From the NCBI GenBank assembly GCA_977030845.1, contig OZ365110.1:44268001-44332000 (forward strand): a stretch of DNA of 64,000 nucleotides. The letters run 5' to 3'. The position numbers were made by a program, and so were the translations under genes. Shown here in pieces: positions 1 to 13,400 of this stretch (the stretch's first letter is position 1; every line of letters begins with the position of its first letter). Source of the DNA: Fimbriosthenelais zetlandica (lineage: Eukaryota). Under the pieces are notes generated by a model that saw only the letters and a program-made list of their open reading frames with translations, was not told the origin of the DNA and searched no databases.

Positions 1-1951
1 CTTTCCTCATCCTTCAGGGGTCCTTTTTTCTGGCCATTGGGCAAAGACTCGCTCGAATCTCTCGTATGGCTTTTCTTACCATAATGATCTCCCCATTTTC
101 ACGAAAAAGTTTAATTTTCAAAATTAATTGAAAACGTAGAATTTTTTGGAACGGGAAAACATAGGAATCTCCCAACGATCCTGGAGATTACTCCTTTCTA
201 TTCAACGAAGATATTATGATATTCAAATGGCTAATGTAACATTTTCAATGTTAAAATTCTGTCTGGAGACCGAACCAAAAAGACTATATCTCAATTAGCA
301 CAGCAGGGATTGGGAAGCTCTCAAGCCTTTTTGCTCTGCTATTTATAACCCTGAAGCCTGTCAATATCGATATCTAAAATTAGAATTTTAATTCATCATT
401 TTCCAAGGTGCCCATTTGGCTGGGCATTATCCTTACTTGAGAAGGAGCATTTTTTAATTCCAGCAGTTTGAACGTTCTTCAACAAGTAACAAGCTATATT
501 AGACTCAGATCGAGGGAAATTTCAATTGCGAATCAAAAATGCATCCACATAAACAAGTCTTTCACAGGAAGTACAGAAACTATTGGAAGGGACAGCCTTA
601 ATGCAGATTTCTTCTTTCAGTGGATTTGAATGCATCGGCTTCCTGTTTTCAATAAGAAAATTAAATGAAGAAAATCAGTAAAGAACTCCAATTCATACCC
701 CGGATATAACAGAAAGGAAAGAACAATTTGCCACTTTTTAACTCGTTCAGATTTCTTGTATACATGTACATTATATGCAAGCAAAAGGGAATTAAGAGAA
801 GGATAAGCCTACATGTGCTGGTAGATGAGATACATTAATAGACCCAGAATGCGAGCAAGTCATTTTAACATTTCTCTTTGTCAAGTCGAAATTACCTGGC
901 AAGCCCTAACTGCTTTTGATCATTTGCATCTTCATTGCACTGTTGAAAGAGTTGATAGATGGCTTCCATACAATTACAATTCGATTGGCGAATAATTCGA
1001 TGTGGAAATGACTTTTACAAAGAATAAAACAGAAAAGGGAAGGGAAAACTTCTGATTACTTATTCTAATAATTCCCCAGTTTAATAAGCTTTGCGGGCAG
1101 ATTGTCACTCCAGCACCAAAAGCGTCTTAGCTAAGAAATGACGGTTAAAAAAAGAATTGTAAAGACCTTAATGAATTGAATTAATGGTTTAAATCTCCTA
1201 GATTATGTACCCTCGTTTACATTGCAGATTTCATTATAAGGCCGTCCCTGTTGCTTTTTCATTACATTATAACAGATTCCATCTAGTATAATCTACATGT
1301 ATACATATATATTTTCGTCTCAGGGGCCAGTCTGAGCCCTAAAGCTGGGACAGCCTGGGAACATAATGGACGAGCCATGAATATTGGTCAAAGGGAAAGC
1401 AATTGTGATTCATTTGCTGCACTTCCGGTTCCGTGCCACCTGACTGGCAAACGCACTTGCCCCCACAACATAAGTGTAGGTTAAAAATAGAGATTAGGGG
1501 AATAGATATGGGGGGTTCAGGCTGCGGTGACTATTATCAGGGCTGGACAACTTCAAAGTTGATGGATGAGGTTGGTCTTGGAACTGCTCAGTTTTTACTA
1601 TACATAAAGGTTGTATATACCTTTCTGTCAGGTATAGGCTGGCACAACAACTGCAACTCAAATTTGTCTGTTGCGAAACAGCAACAGCACGATGAAGAAG
1701 GTCCTGTTTCCTTTCTATTAGTCTTGATGCAGCTGTTATTATTGCATTGAATAGGCCTACTTGTTAAGGATAGGCCTAACTCAGTATCTTTGAAATCGTT
1801 GTACCAGATGATCTTGCTGAACTTATTGGTATATATATATTTTGTAACAAAATATATTGCCAACAAGCTAACCTTTAACCTTAGGCCTACAGAATGGTGA
1901 CATGCGTGTTCTTAATGGTGATATTACCCTGTATGACACCTGGAAGGTGCA

Positions 1952-1991
1952 GTTAAACCATAGAACTCTCCCTACAGTTCTATGGTTAAAC
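1952..1991. mobile_element. 26-bp palindromic mini-element or transposon footprint, CATAGAACT-ctccctac-AGTTCTATG (1959-1984), with 7-bp TSD GTTAAAC
   Basis: Perfect 9-bp inverted arms at 1959-1967 and 1976-1984; identical GTTAAAC at 1952-1958 and 1985-1991; sister copies at 31202 and 51159. Confidence 0.8.
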
Positions 1992-4900
1992 CAATTTAGA
2001 AACATGCCCCTTGCAGCTCAGGATCAATTGAAAACCCGGACACATCTGCGGAGGTAAGTCGGGAGAAGCTAACCGAATAAAAACTGCAATGATTGTTGGT
2101 GCGAGAAAAGAAAGGATGAGTAGCTTTTTTCTTAGATGGGGTGGTTTTTACAATGCTTTGTATTCTTCTTCCATGACATGTAATATGAAAGCATAGGAAC
2201 ATAAAGGCTAAGGATGCCACAGGCATAGGCCTAATAGAGTAATATTTGTTCAATCTGAAGCATGTAATTTTTAATAAATTCATTTAAGAAATTATTTACG
2301 GAAACAATGTTTGTTTGAAAGGTAGGTATTTGTGTCCGAGTATTTGCAAGCCTAACCAAAGGTCGTAATATTGCTGATTTATATAAGTAATGAGTTGCTC
2401 ATAATATCCTGGGAATAGTTGGGAATATCAGATGTTTCGTAAGTTGATTGGCAACGGCGTGTACATTCCATTAAGAAGCAATCTCAGTTTTGGGAAGTTC
2501 CTTCCATCAGTATATCAGTGGATTTCGTCTCATTTTAGATCTATACCCTGAGCTACTTACACATATTGAGGAAGAGAGAACATGTGTCGTATTTTGGGCT
2601 CATTCTTGAATATATAGTTGCTCCAAATGTTGAATATGTTCCTGCATGGTACATATTATGGCATACTATAAATACTCTTATAATAGATATTATAATGGCT
2701 AAAGTACATGACTGATGGTTTTAATATTAATGGTGCCTGCCTTGCAGCATTATATTCTTAGATGCAAAACAGCTGGCATTCTTGATGATTGATTGCCGAC
2801 ACAGATGGATTTTCATTTGTGAGATTAATTGAAAAGGACTCGAAAGAAAGAGGTTTTTAAAACCTTGTCATAGAAGTCGAAAGAAGCCTATGTAGGGACT
2901 ATATAATATGTATTAAAAGCGAATGCATTACAGGAAATTCCTTCAGAAAATTGGCGCCGACACTAGAGCATAATTTCATATCAATGATTACTTTATTTTA
3001 ATTCCGTTTTCATGGACGTGAAGAATGGATTGGCAGACTATATGAGATTTTGATTAATGGGGCTTATTCAGTATATCGTGTATTGAATGCATATCACTAT
3101 ATAGGGAGTGATGTATGGGTCTGGAGCAAGTCAAAACTTGCACGTGAACAGAGTCTGAAATCAGATTTGTCCACGCGGGCTGTTCCTTAAAATTCTAAGC
3201 AGAATACTTCAGCTGTCATAATAAAGCCTAGTAACATGCACTTCCTTTAAGAAACGGAGATGTGCAACATTTTAATTTTTCCATAGATATTGACGTCTGT
3301 GCTGCTGATCATCTTTGACCGATTAAGGTTACCAATAAGCAATGGCCGGGTGGTCTGAGGCCATAAGATTTTGACATTGGCCATTTAATTCTCTAGCAAA
3401 CGGGGGGCCATTTAATATATATATATGCAAGTCTATGATCTTGGCAGATAATACAATCTCATTTATATATATAATACCTTAATAATTATCATCATATCAA
3501 ATAAGTGGTCGATTTCGACATCAATATACAATGTATACATGTATTGATATTTTCGCCGATATAATTGTAAGAAATGTACTGGGTGGTGTTCAGGGAATTA
3601 AGTTGGGTATAGCCTTACGTAAATCTTGACGTAAAATAAGCAATATATTCAGATTAAAACCCAAGAGGGGATTGCCTGACATCATTTTAGCATAAGGTCT
3701 ATGCCCTTCTTCCCCACCGGGCCATGGAGGTGTCATTGATAGATTTCTTGAAAAATCAGAATGTGGAACAAAACACAAGGGCGAGAAGATTAATCCACAT
3801 TGTTTCTGGTTGGTCTGCCATATTGCTGGCCTCTCGCTATGTGCCCTTGCTGAAACGTGAGGCAAAATGTGGCAAAATTAAAAAGGCATTTGAAGAATGA
3901 CGTTCACAAAAAGTATGGTCATATTACGTGTCAACGCATAAACTGCCCTTAATCATAATTTGACCAGTAAAACTGCCACGTTTTATCAGTCAATCATTCA
4001 CCCCATTATACTGGGCCTCCATCAGTTCATCATTCGCCCCAATTACTTTCTGTTTCCAGTAAGAAGTTATGGGCAGTTGGTCCCTATTATAATTCATTAT
4101 AGTGATACCAAAATTGACTAAGCACTTAAATGCAAATTTGTCAATGATAATCCCTCTGCAACATTTAGCAATTCAGTACCAAAATTCCAATACATAACTC
4201 ATAAGGAGAAGAAATTCAATGCTGATGCCCTATTGCCCTGGGTTATTTGCTGTCCCTGCCTGATGCAGTACCCATATTGATATAGTAAATCCTCATATTC
4301 AACCTTCAGCTTCCACCAATAAAAAGGCTAAGTCAACACCAACTTGTTGGTGGCCTCCAGCAATCGGAGAGTATGGCCATATGAGCGTTCCCATTGCTCT
4401 GCAATGTCGCTCAAATGGGCCAGGAGAAATGCCAATAATTTTTCAGCGCCGAGGACAAAGAGGTTTGTTCGGGGTGTGTTTGGACTGGATGGCAGGCAAG
4501 TGATGGGGCTGTGAGCATTGAATTATGGAGAACGGTTGTATCATTTATGAACTCAAGCTACAGGCTGTTTTTATTTCATGGAAGCCTGGTGATAGCTTTA
4601 TAAGGTAATATCCTTCATTCAAGTAACTATTCTTTCCAGTAAAAGAGTCTGCATGGGGGCGGGGGGATGGGGAGCTGCAAGCATGGAGCTCCGCCGTGGA
4701 GAGAAAGTGTGGCGAAACGAGGGAAAGGAAATATATCATTCATGAAGATGATCAAGTTATGTACTATACAGCTACATGGTGAGTTTGAGGGAGTTATCAG
4801 TTTGAGAAGAGGGGCAGAGGAAGAGAAAGCGATATGCTGCTTCAGCAGGCCGAGTGTTTTACTCTGAGTAACATCAACATGTACTCGCAGCAGTGCTGCT

Positions 4901-7900
4901 GCTCCTCCTCTCCTTCCTCTTCTCCCATCCCCTGCCACCTTCTTCCTCCTACTGATGCCAGGAGGTGCAGCAGCATCCTTGGGAGGACACTTTTCAAACG
5001 GACAAGGAGGAGGTGGAGGGAGGGAGGGGGTGGCGGAGTTGGAAGTTGAAGGGGGAAAGCAAAAGAGGAAAAGCAAGCCATAGAGGCCAGAAAGAGCATA
5101 GGTCACATCCTCTTCAGTCATGTCTCTGTAGTATCATTATTCAATACCAAATAGATACAGAAACACTCCTTGCCAAGGCCTACAACACACCCACACACCT
5201 ATGTAAATGCCTGGGACTAATGCCAGTTCCACCTTCTCCTCCTCCACCTCAGCTCGTTCTGAGTAGCGTCCAGGGGGCTAGCACCTATCATTAGTCCATC
5301 CTCTCATTTCTCCGGGAGGTACGCACAAGAGTACTATTCAATACCAGCTCGAAGCTCTACTTCGGATAGCTTCATCCTCACCCGATAATTCCAAGAGGAT
5401 CTAATTCCCAGGACTCAGAGAATATCGACACAGTGCTTCGACTAAACTACTGGCCACCCACGATAGTGTTGCGTTCATTGTAGCAAGAGGAAAAACCGTA
5501 GGGGGGGAATCCTCACCTACTATATTGGATATTCTACAGGTTAAATCAAAAAGGTATGTATGGTCACCTCAATATCAACATCTACAATTCCCACCAGATC
5601 TCGTCCGGCACCAGCTGGATTCCAGTAGTCTTATCTTTAAAAAATATCTCACATTTAATTGTTGCATTTGGCCGTTTTACATTTAGTAGTTCTGCATGTA
5701 TGTTATATCTTTGAATGGAATGTTCAAGTCCTCTAACCCACCTATGTCAAGAAAACGAAAAAGAATAACGAACTATAAAAGATAAGCAAACTTTTATAAT
5801 TAATAGATCAGTCTCATAAATTACAATTCTGCACATCTCCATTTTAATCTGGGATCTCTAATTATATGCGAAATAGAAACTGGGGGCTGACTCAGGAGGC
5901 TCGCATATTGAAGTCTCCATCCCGAGATTGAAAGGACCTCAAAACTACATCTATCTCTCTGTATATCAGGTTTCAGAGAAGAAAAAGGCTCAAGCCGTGG
6001 TCCCTTAAGGGTCCTTTGTTATATTGTATATGATAGTGATGAAGGATGAAGTTTGTATCATATACATGCCCATGTAGATGATTTAAAAGATCAGTAGAAA
6101 GACATTTCCTTGCTAATTATATACTACACTTATGTGAATCTTGTTTGATTGAAATCAATTGAACGCAAGTTCCTGGTTGCTGCAGGCCCCAGGTTGTCGA
6201 AGTACCTATAATTAGTGTATCTACTAATTACCCGAGGAAACGCATTGGTATTTACCATTTATTGCTTGATCTTAATTGCTTGATAGTGCATATAGATAGC
6301 AGTCTCATCTTATTTATTGAGTTGAGAGATCCAGCATATGCCCATATGCCAACTCAGAGGACTTGCAGGACACATTAAGATGAGAATATATTTTATTGAG
6401 CGCTTATTTGTGTAATTGCATTCAGCAGATTCATTCTCAAGAAATAGCTAGAAAACAGCGAAAGGTATAGTCTGATAAATTCCTCTGTAAATGGGAAAAT
6501 GTAGTACCATGAAAAAGGCATTGTAATATATCAGGAAACTGCATTATCAATGAACTGTGTACATGGAATAAGGTCTATAGATATCAGTTATAGATATATC
6601 ACTAATCTCGTCATTCCATCCATGAATGATAACCACAATAGTTGTACAGATGTGATTTTAGATCAGAGATATTTACAATGCATGGGGCAAGAATAATTAG
6701 TATTAAAAATCAAAAGTCAGATCTAGAAATGACACAATGACCTCTCACCAAGAATGGGTTCAGTATTATTCTAATTAAAGATCGGTTGCCAATCTTTGCG
6801 ATGTCAGGTTTGCCATCAGGATTGCAATATCAGGGCTCGGGACGCTAAGCCTAATGCATGCCTTTCAATCAGGCTAGAAGGATTATCCTGAATTAGACTC
6901 AGCAAGAGCGTCTCATTACAGGCTAAGCGTTCTTGGCGCTATGACACTTCATTAGACTAAAGAGTCGTTGCAAATTCGATCCTAGAAAAATGATAATCCT
7001 ACCTATTCGAAATATTTTCTTTCGTGACAAAAAGGGAATATCTAATTATATCTGATTTGGGGACTTTACACTGTGCTTGTAGATGAGCCTACATTCACCA
7101 GTATTAAAATTCATTTATTATTCAACTAGATAGCTTTTGTGCATTTGGCGACATGGTGTTCTACAGCTGCATGGTCATTACATTAAAAGGTTCATTAAAG
7201 TAATTTATACATGCGGAAACTAGTGTACATCACTGAAAAACATTAGGAGGTGAAAGCTTCCTCTATTAATATGAGATGTGTATATATGAGGTATCTATCC
7301 CTGCATCCATTAAGTGTGACTGTGTAAGATAATTATGTCTCTATATTCATGCTGGGTAGTCTGCCACGATATTATTTGACAGAGGGGGGAGAGAACACAT
7401 GGCACACCTGCTTCTTTGGGTAAATCACGTTTATGGAGGCAGCAGAGCAGCAGACGTGCCATAGCAGCATCATTCCAGTCTCATTATCACTCAGGAAAGA
7501 AGAGCAACATGAAAGGTATTTTGTGAAGTTCACAACATTGACAATCGCTATGAGTGTGTCATCCTGTAAAGAGCAATGTTGTTACTTGACAAAGAAAAGG
7601 ATGTCATGACATGTTGTCATTGCAATTAGGGTATCATATGATTTTAAGTAGAAATAATTGGAGTTCGAGAATGAATTTCATTTCTTGGCTACTGAATAAA
7701 ATGGATTCCCTAAACAAAAAGGAAAAAAAGACTCACACAATTACCTACTTAGACGGAAAGAAGTCTGAAATTCCAGAATTTCCTACTTCCGCTTGTTCCC
7801 TTCATGAGCCCAGGGGAGGTATAAGGTGAAAGAAATAATTATCTCGGCTGGTCAGAGTGCAGTTCTATGTTAGTAAACGACTTTCCGTACAATCGAAAGA

Positions 7901-8130
7901 CAATTATGACCTTCAAAACCTTCAACAATATGCGCACTATTTCTAATGGACTTTCCATTTAATGTTGCATTTCTTTTCCTTTTTTAAAACAAAGCTCCCC
8001 TCTATCATGGGTGGTTGTATCGATAGCTGCCTGAGGTCAGAGCAAATCGGAGACGTACTAAGTAAGGCTTTGAAGTATATATACATGTACCTGCGTCAAT
8101 AATTTATTTTCGCTTCACCATATAACTTTC

Positions 8131-8160
8131 AACATGGCGCACAGAGCGGACGTGCATGCA
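8131..8160 (+). promoter_or_regulatory. Putative LINE 5' end / internal promoter with YY1-like AACATGGCG
   Basis: aacatggcgcacagagcggacgtg...gcgctcc lies about 190 bp upstream of the ORF1 ATG and resembles the ATGGCG..GGACGTG..GCTCC pattern I recall from L1-type 5' ends. Confidence 0.4.
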
Positions 8161-8321
8161 TAGCGCTCCGGGAATTCTACTGGATAATGTACCCTGTTAA
8201 CTGACATATGGCTCTAAAAGTGGATTTAATGATATAACATTTAGTGCACTCCCCCCTGGTATCCCTGGATCTGGTAAATTATCATTTGAACAGCCGTTTT
8301 TTCTTGATTTTCTTGGGAATC

Positions 8322-9566
8322 ATGGCTGACGCCCGACAAACACGCAGTACTTCTAAAGCCAATCTACTAACACAAAGGACTTTACCAAGGGATACAACCC
8401 CCAATGAACCCATAACTTTTCAACCCTCTCCTCAGCGCCACACAGGAAACCCTGATATCACTTCTACAACACAATTCAGAGGGAATAGTGAGGACAGAAC
8501 GAAGGAGACACAGGGGAAAAGTAATAAGGGTTTAGACAAGGAATTAAGCAATGAAGCTCAAAATGTTGACAGAGAAGAAATTTCTGAAGGGGGGCACAAC
8601 CAAGGGGGTGAGTTGTCACTAAAGGATATAATGAGCAAATTGGAAAACATTGAAAATAACACGTTAAAATCACTGGAGAACAAATTCACTACAAATATAG
8701 ATGAACTAAAAGCGATCATCCAAGATAAAAATGATGAAATTGAAAATCTATGTCATCATGTGGACGAAATCACCCATGAAAACGCCTATCTACAAACCAG
8801 GGTAAACTCACTGGAAAAAAGAGTAGAGTCTCTAGAGTTAGAGAGAAAAAGAAATAACATAATCCTGGATGGTTTATTCGAGACAGAGAATGAGAACCTG
8901 AGAGAAAAAGCATGTAATTTATTTACTGCACTGGAAAGTAACCTCCAAGACAGCGATATTTCTGCAGTCTACCGCATAGGGAAAGGAACAGGTAGAAAGC
9001 CCCGACCAATCTTACTGCGGCTCAAACACTCTTCACACAAAGAAGAGCTTTTCAAAGGTGTGAAAAACCTCAAAAACAATGAAGCGTGGAAGGGTGTATA
9101 CCTAAATCAAGACTTATCCCACCAACAACTAGCTGAAAGACAAGATCTACGGTGCATTCACAAATATGCGAGAAACAAAGGGATTAATTGCAAGCTAGCT
9201 GGTCGGGTCTTAATTATTGATGGTAAGCGCTACCTCCACCAAGACATAAAAAACTTGCCGCATGACTTGACCTTGGAAAAAGCCAAATGGGTAGAAGTGG
9301 ACGAGGGATTAGCCTTCCAATCTCATCATGTATTTCTTTCTAACATGTTTCCATGTGAGATCCGCATAGAGAATAGGACATTCAACAGCGCAGAACAACT
9401 ATACCAGTACAAGTGCGCTCAGCTGTGTGGACGGCCTGAGAAAGCAGCTGCTATTCTCCAATCAACAAATGCATATGAAGCAAAGAAAATTGCCAAGGAG
9501 ATAAAAAAAAACAGAAGAATGGGAAACCAGCCACGACATATGGCTAGACATCAAGGGTTTTTTTAA
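8322..9566 (+). mobile_element. LINE ORF1p (coiled coil + RRM + CTD, Transposase_22/L1TD1-like) fused to a C-terminally truncated NADAR/YbiA-like domain; no ORF2 follows
   Basis: Intronless ORF, likely start MADARQ at 8322. Heptad coiled coil (LENIENN...VNSLEKRVESLELE), RRM motifs KRNNIILDGL / AVYRIGK..RKPRPILLRL / GVYLNQDLS, CTD ..LIIDGKRY. From about 9300, AFQSHHVFLSNMFPCEIRIENRTFNSAEQLYQYKCA...EAKKIAKEI matches YbiA FSNF..WPI.VDGKTWPTSEHYFQAQK. An A9 run at 9503-9511 shifts the frame away from the homologous KTEEWE. Confidence 0.85.
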
Positions 9567-10141
9567 AGATACATTACATAAAAGCACTTATATTTGAGAG
9601 TGTCACATCAGAAATGTCAGAATATGTTTTTAGAATATAGACATGTGGGTACATGTATTTGCATTAGTTTCCCATCACCGTTGTGGCCCTTTTCTACTCT
9701 AAGGTTACACCCAGTAATGAAAGTCACCTCTGGGGGACACAGTCCCCATACCTAAAGTGTAAATAATCTATATTCTCCCACTGGCTCTGGGATACTGCAG
9801 GAATGCCTGGGCATTGAATGTACCTAACCGAGTTATAACATCTCACGTCCGCATCATCAGCTGGAATAACATCTTAACCACACTATAATCACATCTCAAC
9901 ACTTTCACCTTTGGCATTAATTCATGCTGCTACTCCTTGCCTGCCTTTTCGAGCATTTGCTTTGAGCAATTCATTGAAATCCTTGCGGGAAAAGAAAATT
10001 TAGGGGAAAAAAAGAATAACCAGGGACAGAATGCATGGTCATTGTGTGGTGTTTTCAATAGCTAGGTAGTCAATCTTGATAATGCAGACTGCAGGCTGTT
10101 AATTCTCGTGATGTTTATTTGTTGTTTTTGATAGGTGTTCA

Positions 10142-10464
10142 ATGGACGGGGAAAGCGGAGGCGGGCCGGATCTTGAGCCAAGCCTAATGGCTGAAACCAA
10201 CACCAAGCACATGTCCACCATGGGAGGCTGTGTAAGCTATCTGCTCCTGTTCCTTGGCTGGCTATTGTTAAACGTGGCCACCTTCGCCATCGTCACTATT
10301 CCCTCCTCAGCTCAATTCCTTGACGTTGAGCCTCACTTGCCCGAGGAAGAGAAATATGTTGTCTTCGGCCTCTGGGTGCTGATTGAGATTGCTCTCTTCT
10401 TCGTCCTTCTCGTAGGAGCTACTGTTATAATGTGTACATGCAAAAGTGTTCCTCCTGGAGCAGG
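10142..10464 (+). CDS. TMEM236-like coding exon 1
   Basis: ATG at 10142, two TM helices, donor gg|GTAAGT (phase 2). Confidence 0.8.
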
Positions 10465-13400
10465 GTAAGTATTTCCTCAAAATATTAAAAATTCTCATTG
10501 ACTAAACTTGCAGCTTTTCAACTATAAGAATGGCTTTCCTAACAGCAAGATCATTTAGTTTGAGGATAGTTGATCAGACAAAGACAGGTTACCTACATTT
10601 ATGGGGGACCCTTGATGGATGCACGACTATAGATACAATACTTATAACCTGAGTCATCTATGGATTCGTCTATTAATAGTTGCTCCAGCACCTATATCAG
10701 TGCCCAGGGTATGTATATATCCAGACACATATCTAACAAAGCAAATGTCAGACATGACATTTGTAGAGCTCTCTGCTTCAGTCAACCACTTCAAAGGCAG
10801 AGCATGAGATCTGAGCTGTAAGCCAGAGCCCACGGCCAGGATTCCATCCATATCCATATCTACTTTTGGCAAGGTAAAACAAAGGGGCTAACCACTATGA
10901 TCATATACACAGGAAAACATTTTAAGGCAACGTATAACTCCATGGTATATTTTGTGGCAATTTGAATGCAGTGCAATCTGAAGATTTCCTTTGCTGAAAG
11001 CTGAAGCTGAAATTCTATGCCATATGTATATACATGTACAAATTTTAATATGCCAGGATTATAGTTTTAGGTAGCATTAGATTGGCATGGATAACAGCTC
11101 GGTTGCATGTTGTTCCTTTCCCATGATATTCATCAAGAGGTACCAAACATAGTTGTCGACAGGCTGCTGTATAGAGGAAATCTATATAGGTAAAGCAGGC
11201 CAAGATTATTGTCCATGCTGTCAATGCAACGCCAAAATATCAGACCAATTTCCCTGATTCCATGATACACAAATGTAGATAGAGAGGCAAGAACACCCAT
11301 CTTCATCTCCCCCGATCCTCTTTCTGCAATATGTCATTTCCCCTGATCCTCTTTTCCAATATGTCATTTTCCTTCAGCCAATCTTTTTCAGGAGAGAATC
11401 CCTGGGAAGCTCGTAATGGCTTCACGCTTTCAGCAATCACATGGTTGCATGAACTTGACGGACATTTTAATGGGATTCCGTGACTATCCAATTAAAGTTC
11501 ATCTTACGTCTTCGTAGTGTTCAATGTGATGTTTCTTTGAAGAATATAAGGCTGGCTGAAGAATAGGACGAAGGGAAGGGAACGAAGAAGAGCATAACCC
11601 GGGGCTAGCCTAATGTTGTTAAAGCAAAATCTCTAAATAATTCCTGAACGCTTTACATATAGGAAAGAAAGAGGCATGCTTGTTTCGCCATTTCTTTCCT
11701 CTGTAGCATACAATGCCTATAGATAAAATATCCATCCATGTGTTCAGCCCGGAGTAAGGAGCCGATCATATTGTCTAACAATGCCTTGCTCTTCCCTGAA
11801 GGGTTCATGAATTTTCATAAACGAAATACACCTAAACAGGAAAAGGAGAAGAACCGATTGAAAAAGAATCTTTTACTGAACCCTTCAGACATAAATCTCT
11901 TACCACAGGAGCAGCTCAGTATAGACACCTTGATTATCAGGAAGGATGTTAAGGTGCTCAACTGAGATTCAATCGCTTTCAGCTTTTAATTCCCTCTGTG
12001 GTTGCAAGCAGCCACGAAGGGCATACAACCTCGCTATAGATTCCCAGCCTCAGGTGTTGATTTACTTAAGCCCCAAGGCTGCAGAACACCATATATATAG
12101 CGGACCCCAAAGCAGGTATATATTTATTAATGCTTGCCCGTGCCTCGGCACCGCTTTGTATTCCCATTACTTAAGCATGAGTCTCACGGGGATAAAGGCC
12201 CTGGGAGGTGTTATTCAACACGGAGAAAGCGTCAGCAAGATTTATAATAATGGGCATGGAGTTATAGGCCTACGCTGAAGAGATTATGATCAAAGGAAGA
12301 AAAGTTTAGGACATGTAAGATGCATTCCCACTAATAAAATATAACCAATGATAATATATCTTGGCCAATCCTATCAGGAATGATAGAATCCTTTTTCATT
12401 TCCACTGATGGCCCAGAGCCAGTCCACTGAAGATACGAAAGATGAGTAGGCCTATATTTTAAACATTAAGTAATGTATTGAGGCCCTCTTTCGAAAGCAA
12501 AGTACTCAAATCTGTGGGAATAGACTGTGACCTTGGGCCAGAGTCGGACCAACCAATCTGACCTTGTTTAATTGAATCATGTTTGTGCCGGAAATTACAC
12601 GATCAAACATGGCCTCTGCCTTGTGCTCTGACATAAATGAAACAGCCCGAAGGCCATAGATGCCAAGTCCCCATAATAAAGAAAGAGTAATATTACCATG
12701 AAATACACATTAGCCGATTGAAAGGGGGAAGCTCTAAAGCCAGTCACTTGTTGTCGAGGACTGCCATTTACGTGCCCCTTACTTCAAGTCAACGCTAACA
12801 AGTCTATATTCTATACCGGCCTGCACAATTCTACCCATGCCTGCTTAAAGTAATGCAATTTGACGCTTTAAGTTCTTCTACATGATTCAGCATTCCAGAC
12901 CCCGGTTTGACTCATTGGTTTGTCCAATTCCTGAGAGGTGCCAGCATGTCTGTTTAGGCAGTCATTCTCGACGTTATCGAAGGCTCTCGAGTTGTTCAGT
13001 AACCCTGCCTGCCCTCTTAATCCGAGGACCTCCATCATAGAATGTACCTCATAGGCCCACTTTACAAGAGGAACATAATCCCCTGACATTCCCACTTCCG
13101 GGCCAGGGGTCCACTTGGTCATGTTCCTTAAAGGCCTGCAGTGTGGAGTCGGATTGGGCTGAGAGAAATGCTTGATTCTCCTGAATCAGCTCCTGATAAC
13201 GCCCAGTTCACCGGGATTGCGTGTCTCCACGAGTTGGCCTCCAGGAAGTACATTGATTTTAGCTAATACAAAAATAGGAGGTCGGTGATCAGACACCCAA
13301 TAACCAGATTAGTCCCATGCAAGAATCTATGCAATACTTTGATGCAATAATAAAAACAAGCTGTATTTCATAAGCGTAATTACACGTATGAAATGCAGGT

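Noticed and set aside
4000-5300. 164-aa minus-strand ORF and GC-rich neighbours as a gene or L1 ORF1
   Set aside because: Only faint resemblance to the L1 ORF1 C-terminus, low complexity and no splice signals; cannot be supported.
9506-9512. A_AAA_AAC -1 frameshift slippery site in the LINE ORF1
   Set aside because: The homologous continuation (TEEWE) is in the +1 frame; the -1 frame stops quickly. A homopolymer indel explains it better.
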